A DNA stretch of 64,000 bases from assembly GCA_963720565.1 (NCBI GenBank), contig CAVRFW010000005.1, positions 192,001 to 256,000 of the forward strand, in the 5' to 3' direction. Positions 61,895 through 64,000 of this stretch are shown here, piece by piece (positions within the stretch are counted from its first letter, which is position 1; the number at the start of each line of letters is the position of its first letter). The notes beneath the pieces are model-generated. The model saw nothing but the letters and a program-made list of their open reading frames with translations, was not told the origin of the DNA and did no database searches. The DNA comes from Candidatus Bathyarchaeota archaeon. GTDB lineage: Archaea > Thermoproteota > Bathyarchaeia > Bathyarchaeales > Bathycorpusculaceae. Position numbers and translations under genes: made by a program.

Positions 61895-62458
61895 CTACTT
61901 GATTTGCTCCGAAAGTTTAGGTTTAATTTTTGTATTGGGCTGTAGGGCAATGTTGATGTTTCTCAGATACTTATTCCACAAATATGCTGCCGCATAACCT
62001 GCGCTTATGCCGCTGCCTGTTGCCACAAAAAGCACTAGTCCGGAAAGAAAAGGCGTCGTTTCGACAATTCCGATATAGACGCTAGTTACGTAATAGCTCA
62101 AGAAACCGATGATGGCGGTGCTAAATGTCATAGTTAAGATTACCCTGTTTCGATTTACTCTATCGTCCTTTGTTGATACTTTGAAGGCAAAAGAGAAAAT
62201 ATCCACCAAAAACCCGAACAGAAATGTGAAAATAAAAGTGAAAGGCCCGAATGCTGGTTGCGACAGAGCCGACAATAAGCCTCCAACGATGCCGACGTGT
62301 GTGGCCCCTGCCATTCTCACGAAAAGAGAGGCCAAAGCCAAAATTACAGCTTCAACTACTATGAGAAGGTAGTTTATTGGAAGGGGGACAAAGAAATTAA
62401 TCACAAATATGATTGAGCTGAAGAGCGCAATCAAAAGCCATCGTACCGCCTTCTGCAT
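61895..62458 (-). CDS. Multi-pass membrane protein (ECF S-component-like)
   Basis: About five hydrophobic helices, GAT.VG.V.GL motif; start taken at ATG 62458. Confidence 0.6.
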   Translation of the reverse strand: MQKAVRWLLIALFSSIIFVINFFVPLPINYLLIVVEAVILALASLFVRMAGATHVGIVGGLLSALSQPAFGPFTFIFTFLFGFLVDIFSFAFKVSTKDDRVNRNRVILTMTFSTAIIGFLSYYVTSVYIGIVETTPFLSGLVLFVATGSGISAGYAAAYLWNKYLRNINIALQPNTKIKPKLSEQIK

Positions 62459-62658
62459 TGAAACGACTGAACTCCTTATGAAATAGAAGTTGCATTTCAA
62501 TTTTAAAAAGCTTGACTCAGAAACATGTGATCCAATCAAAATTCCCAAAGCTCAGTAAAGACAATACTGCCTTTTTTAACGGAAATTATAAATTGGGTAG
62601 CGTCATTAAGGATTAAACGTTTTATATTTGAGTCATATGTGTTAAAGGGGGATTAAGG

Positions 62659-63402
62659 ATGAGCACTCATGCAGAAGATCTGAAACTCCGCTTGATGACT
62701 ATCGAGCTTTTGAGAACTGCCAAGTACAAACGAAATATTACGTACCGAGAGTTGGCCTCTAAGACAGGTTTGCCTGTAACCGTCTTAAGCAGGTACGCCA
62801 AAGGCCATGTTCTTCCAAACACAACAAGGGCTAAGCAATTGTGGCGGGTTCTAACCAAACTCGTTGGACTGGAAACCGAACTACGGAGCAGGATAAAATT
62901 TGACGAGACGGGATACTTCGACAACACGGAAATCGTTGGTGACTACAACATCCTACAACAAGCCGCAAACCACGCCCTCGCAAATTTTGCTGGAAAAAGA
63001 GTAACAAAAATATTGACTGCCGCGGTAGATGGCATACCACTAGCTACGATGGTGGGCAACGCTTTGGGCGTAAACCTAATTGTGGCAAAAAGAAACAAGG
63101 AAGTCGGAGTGAAGTCTTTCCTAGATGAAACCTACATTCTGGGAAAAGATTCAGGTGTGACAGTCACGCTTTTCATTCCCAAAGAAGCGATAAAAAAACG
63201 AGATAGCGTTCTGGTAGTAGATGACATGATTAAGAGCGGAGAAACTCAGGAAGCGCTCGTTAACCTCGTTAAGAAGTCAAAAGCCGAAGTCTCAGGAATC
63301 TTCTCATTAATCGCCGTTGGAGAGGAATGGAAGAAAAGGCTAAAATTCGGTGGCGATTCCCCAGTTGAAGTTGTAACCTACCTGAAATCACCATTCGAAT
63401 AA
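62659..63402 (+). CDS. HTH plus phosphoribosyltransferase-domain protein (PurR-like regulator / purine PRT)
   Basis: TYRELASKTGLPVTVLSRY HTH; VLVVDDMIKSGET PRPP loop. Confidence 0.88.
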   Translation: MSTHAEDLKLRLMTIELLRTAKYKRNITYRELASKTGLPVTVLSRYAKGHVLPNTTRAKQLWRVLTKLVGLETELRSRIKFDETGYFDNTEIVGDYNILQQAANHALANFAGKRVTKILTAAVDGIPLATMVGNALGVNLIVAKRNKEVGVKSFLDETYILGKDSGVTVTLFIPKEAIKKRDSVLVVDDMIKSGETQEALVNLVKKSKAEVSGIFSLIAVGEEWKKRLKFGGDSPVEVVTYLKSPFE

Positions 63403-63498
63403 GAAAGAAAAATAGCCCAAGCTGCACATGTTTTCTCTCGTTTAAGATCTTGAATCAAACTACTAGAATATGAATCCGAGTTGTTGAGGCAATCGATA

Positions 63499-64000
63499 AT
63501 GCGAACCATAGAATGGCAAGACGGAACTGTCATTACTATTGATCAAACAAGACTACCCCATGAAACGGTGACCCTGAGAATAAAAACAGTCAGTGATATG
63601 GCGGAAGCTATAAGAAGCCTAAGAGTGCGGGGCGCTCCTTTGCTCGGTGCCGCCGCAGCCTTTGGGATGTCCATAGCAGCTTACCATTCGAAAGCCGATT
63701 GCGCGTCCGAATTGCTGGCTGAATTAGAAGACACAGCGGTAATTCTGAAAAGCACGAGGCCGACAGCAGTGAACCTTTTCTGGGCAATAGACAAAGTCCT
63801 GAACAAGGCAAGAGCTTACTCGGGAAACGTTGAAGGACTGAAGGCACAAGTAATCAACGAAGCTCAGAAAATTGCAGATGACGATGCAGAGGCAAACCAA
63901 GCCATTGGCAAATATGGCGCAGAACTCATCAGTGACGGAGATGTTATTCTGACCCACTGCAACGCAGGAGAACTTGCTACTGTTGAGTATGGCACTGCAC
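63499..64000 (+). CDS. mtnA: S-methyl-5-thioribose-1-phosphate isomerase (5' part, runs off window)
   Basis: Translated by hand: MRTIEW..IDQTRLP, VRGAP, TRPTAVNLFWA, LTHCNAG.LAT..YGTA. Confidence 0.93.
   Translation, partial: MRTIEWQDGTVITIDQTRLPHETVTLRIKTVSDMAEAIRSLRVRGAPLLGAAAAFGMSIAAYHSKADCASELLAELEDTAVILKSTRPTAVNLFWAIDKVLNKARAYSGNVEGLKAQVINEAQKIADDDAEANQAIGKYGAELISDGDVILTHCNAGELATVEYGTA

Noticed and set aside
1..64000. CRISPR arrays, IS elements, integrases, rRNA genes, inteins
   Set aside because: No regularly spaced repeats, transposase or recombinase motifs, rRNA-like stretches or unexplained in-frame insertions seen

Overview
Gene-dense archaeal chromosomal segment, most likely Bathyarchaeia (inferred from gene content: archaeal shikimate pathway, Alba, thermosome, Topo VI, aIF5B, class I CCA enzyme). 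Bases 1-19,200 are an amino-acid biosynthesis supercluster: the aro/tyr operon on +, ilvD, ilvBN, leuCDBA and pheA on -, and a divergent cimA. The rest is housekeeping: EndoQ, TldD/PmbA, thermosome, a five-gene split glutamate-synthase operon, ABCE1, Top6AB, aIF5B, GMP synthase B, SAMP/E1, DNA ligase, HMG-CoA reductase, ThpR/CCA and the start of mtnA, plus tRNA-Ala(UGC) and tRNA-Glu(CUC). No mobile element or CRISPR array is evident. The most interesting signals are not in the ORF track. (1) A 23-aa uORF with a V-L-I-L-Q-I cluster lies inside a nested, switchable leader RNA upstream of ilvB, a candidate archaeal ribosome-mediated attenuator. (2) A separately transcribed 21-aa Glu/Trp micropeptide gene (MVFEEEEWEESEDEEWEEEEW) precedes ABCE1. 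(3) The glutamate-synthase operon has a ~150-nt structured leader with alternative pairings over the start codon. (4) There is a C/D-box sRNA with a probable 16S helix-34 guide. (5) The tRNA-Glu has C instead of U at position 55. Up to five genes carry apparent single-base insertions that most likely reflect sequencing errors. All RNA structures were paired by eye, not computed.
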